In this document: piece by piece, positions 61,699 through 64,000 of the stretch
How the letters are laid out: the number at the start of each line of letters is the position of its first letter
Position numbering within the stretch: position 1 is the stretch's first letter
Assembly: GCA_051313645.2 (NCBI GenBank)
Contig: JBNRSN020000017.1
Span: 41,292,001 to 41,356,000, forward strand
Source: Centroscyllium fabricii
Taxonomy: Eukaryota
Length of the DNA stretch: 64,000 bases
Direction: 5' to 3'
Notes under the pieces: generated by a model
Told to the model about the DNA's origin: nothing
Databases searched by the model: none
The model's input: only the letters and a program-made list of their open reading frames with translations
Program-made: the position numbers and the translations under genes

Positions 61699-62970
61699 TC
61701 CAAAGATGTGCGGGTTAGGTTGATTGGCCAGGATAAATTGACCCTTAGTGTTAGGGGGATTGAATATGTGGGGTTACCGAGATAGGGTGGGATATAGAAA
61801 CATAGAAACATAGAAGATAGGAGCGTGTCGGTGTAGGCTCGATAGGGATATGGGGAGAGGGCAGGGGCAGGGTGTTGCGTTTAGATGATCAGCCATGATC
61901 TCATTGAATGGTGGAGCAGGCTCGAAGGGCCGAATGGCCTAGTCCTGCTCCTATCTTCTATGTTTCTTGTAACGGAGGGGTGTGGGGCCCAAATGCAAAG
62001 ACACTGATAAAACTGTCTAGGTCTCAAATCCTTTATATACCAAACAGTAATGAAAAAACATACATGCATACATTCAAGAAGTTACAAAACATAATTACAT
62101 GGCATACAAATAGTTATAATAGAAAACAAGTTCATTTACGAACTGGTACTAAACTTCCCTTGGTGCATGGAACGATACGCAACCAAGCGCATCCTAGTGT
62201 TGTGAATTACATGTCCAACCCTGACTACAGGTGGTATAGAGAAAATGTCCAGGAAGTTGAATTAGGAATACTCCCGAGTCCGCCCTACGGTCAAAACTCA
62301 CTCCAACGGAGTCTTCAGAGGAAGAATCCATCCTCACAAACAAGGAAACTCCTCACATACACAACTGAAACGTCCAAACCTCAGTTCGGGTGATAACGAC
62401 CATTGTCCAGGAAGTTGAATTAGGAATACTTCCGAGTCCGCCCTACGGTCGAAACTCACTCCAACGGAGTCTTCAGAGGAAGAATACCTGATCAACTTAG
62501 CAGGGGAACGCCCTTACTTAACTAATGGAATGTCCAAACCTGAGCCCAGGTGGCAGAACGCAATGTCCAGAATGTAGAAACCAGGATCTCTTCAAAGTCC
62601 GTTCCACCGCGGGGACTTAACCCAACGGAGTCCACAGAACGAGAATACTTGATCTACAAGGCAGGGGAACGCCCAAACCCATTGCCTCTCCAGCAGCTCA
62701 GTCCACAGCTACCACTCCTTCCAGTGGTTCATAGTAAGTAGAATCTAATGATCCGGCACCTGCCTGGTCAAAGCACCCAGCTTATAAGCCAAACAGGCAA
62801 ACCAGATTATTTAGTGCTGGCCAATAAGCTGCAGGTATTGATAACCAGGAACACACAGGTATGTGAAACAGTTAATTGAGATACTATGAACAAGAATAGA
62901 GAAACAAAACCTAGAATTCCAAAATGGATTCCTTAAAGGGGAATGCCATATGTGACAGTTTCTATGTTTC
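61699..62970 (+). mobile_element. 5'-truncated HE1-type SINE containing a solo LTR, inserted in the 18-bp minisatellite
   Basis: Starts at TCCAAAGATGTGCGGG; tail split by the LTR; TGTTTCC repeated at both junctions. Confidence 0.88.
61968..62957 (-). mobile_element. Solo LTR, 990 bp, related to 34712-35798
   Basis: TGTAAC...GTGACA termini, flanked by GTTTCT on both sides. Shares blocks such as GGGGCCCAAATGCA, CTCACTCCAACGGAGTCTTC and GCCAATAAGCTGCAGG. Confidence 0.88.
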
Positions 62971-64000
62971 CGCTGTGGGCTTTGGCTCCACTGTGGGCTT
63001 TGGTTCCGTTGTGGGCTTTGGGCCTGTTGTGGGCTTTGCCTCCGCTGTGGGCTTTGGTTCCACTGTGGGCTTTGGTCCCGCTGTGGGCTTTAGTTCCGCT
63101 GTGAGCTTTGGTCCCGCTGTGGGCTTTGGATCCGCTGTGGGCTTTGGTTCCGCTGTGGGCTTTGTTTCCGCTGTGGGCTTTGGCTCCGCTGTGGGCTTTG
63201 GTTCCATTGTGGGCTTTGTTTCCGCTGTGGGCTTTGGCTCCACTGTGGGCTTTGGTTCCGTTGTGGGCTTTGGTTCCACTGTGGGCTTTGGTCCCGCTGT
63301 GAGCTTTGGTCCCACTGTGGGCTTTGGTTCCGCTGTGGGCTTTGGTCCCACTGTGGGCTTTGGTCCTGCTGTGGGCTTTAGCTCCACTGTGGGCTTTGGC
63401 TCCACTGTGGGCTTTGGTTCCACTGTGGGCTTTGGTCCCGTTGTGGGCTTTGGTTCCACTGTGGGCTTTGGTTCCGCTGTGGGCTTTGGCTCCACTGTGG
63501 GCTTTGGTTCCGTTGTGGGCTTTGGTTCCGCTGTGGGCTTTGGTCCCACTGTGGGCTTTGGCTCTGCTGTGGGCTTTGTTTCCACTGTGGGCTTTGGTTC
63601 CACTGTGGGCTTTGGTTCCACTGTGGGCTTTGGTTCCACTGTGGGCTTTGGTTCCACTGTGGACTTTGGTCCCATTGTGGACTTTGGTCCCATTGTGGAT
63701 TTTGGTTCCACTGTGGGCTTTGGTTCCGCTGTGGGCTTTGGTTCTAACATGGGCTTTGGTCCCGCTGTGGGCTTTGGCTCTGCTCTGGGCTTTGGCTCCG
63801 TTGTGGGCTTTGGTCCCGTTGTGGGCTTTGGTTCCAACATGGGCTTTGGTCCCGCTGTGGGCTTTGGTCCCACTGTGGGCTTTGGCTCCGCTGTGGGCTT
63901 TGGTCCCGTTGTGGGCTTTGGTTCGACTGTGGGCTTTGGTCCCATTGTGGGCTTTGGTCCCACTGTGGGCTTTGGTCCCTTTGTGGGCTTTTGTTCCACT
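62966..64000. repeat. 18-bp minisatellite (first ~2 units at 61669-61701; runs off the window end)
   Basis: Tandem TGTGGGCTTTGGYYCCRC units. The minus strand reads ([VATM][EG]PKPT)n without a stop. Confidence 0.97.

Noticed and set aside
62962-63999. 345-aa PKPT-repeat ORF as a bona fide mucin/lubricin-type gene
   Set aside because: No signal peptide, domain or splice support is visible, and it is truncated by a SINE/LTR insertion; kept only as a repeat and a low-ranked finding.

Overview
Vertebrate genomic DNA, almost certainly from a cartilaginous fish (shark or ray): it carries HE1 SINEs with CR1/HER1-type tails and SacSINE1/DeuSINE-like elements. The only host gene I can support is the 5' end of BAHCC1 on the minus strand. 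Its first coding exon is 20881-21239 (ATG at 21082, [10 protein letters not shown]...[18 protein letters not shown]), with a probable non-coding exon 1 and a CpG-rich promoter near 22.8-23.5 kb; positions 1-20880 are probably intron. About 13.5-32.4 kb is nearly free of transposons and CpG-rich, while 32.4-64 kb is densely packed with nested elements: CR1, a second CR1/L2-like LINE, RTE, HE1 SINEs, solo LTRs, Penelope-like elements and Harbinger elements. Highlights: (1) a young CR1 whose intact ORF2 has no AUG upstream of the endonuclease domain and overlaps ORF1 in the -1 frame across a U_UUA_AAC slippery heptamer followed by a G-quadruplex motif; (2) Penelope-like ends carrying minimal hammerhead ribozyme motifs, including a large inverted repeat; (3) repeated insertions into the HE1/CR1 tail, two of them related solo LTRs; (4) an out-of-frame overlapping uORF and candidate poison exons in BAHCC1; (5) an LF-SINE-like fossil. 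All family assignments come from recalled motifs, not database searches.
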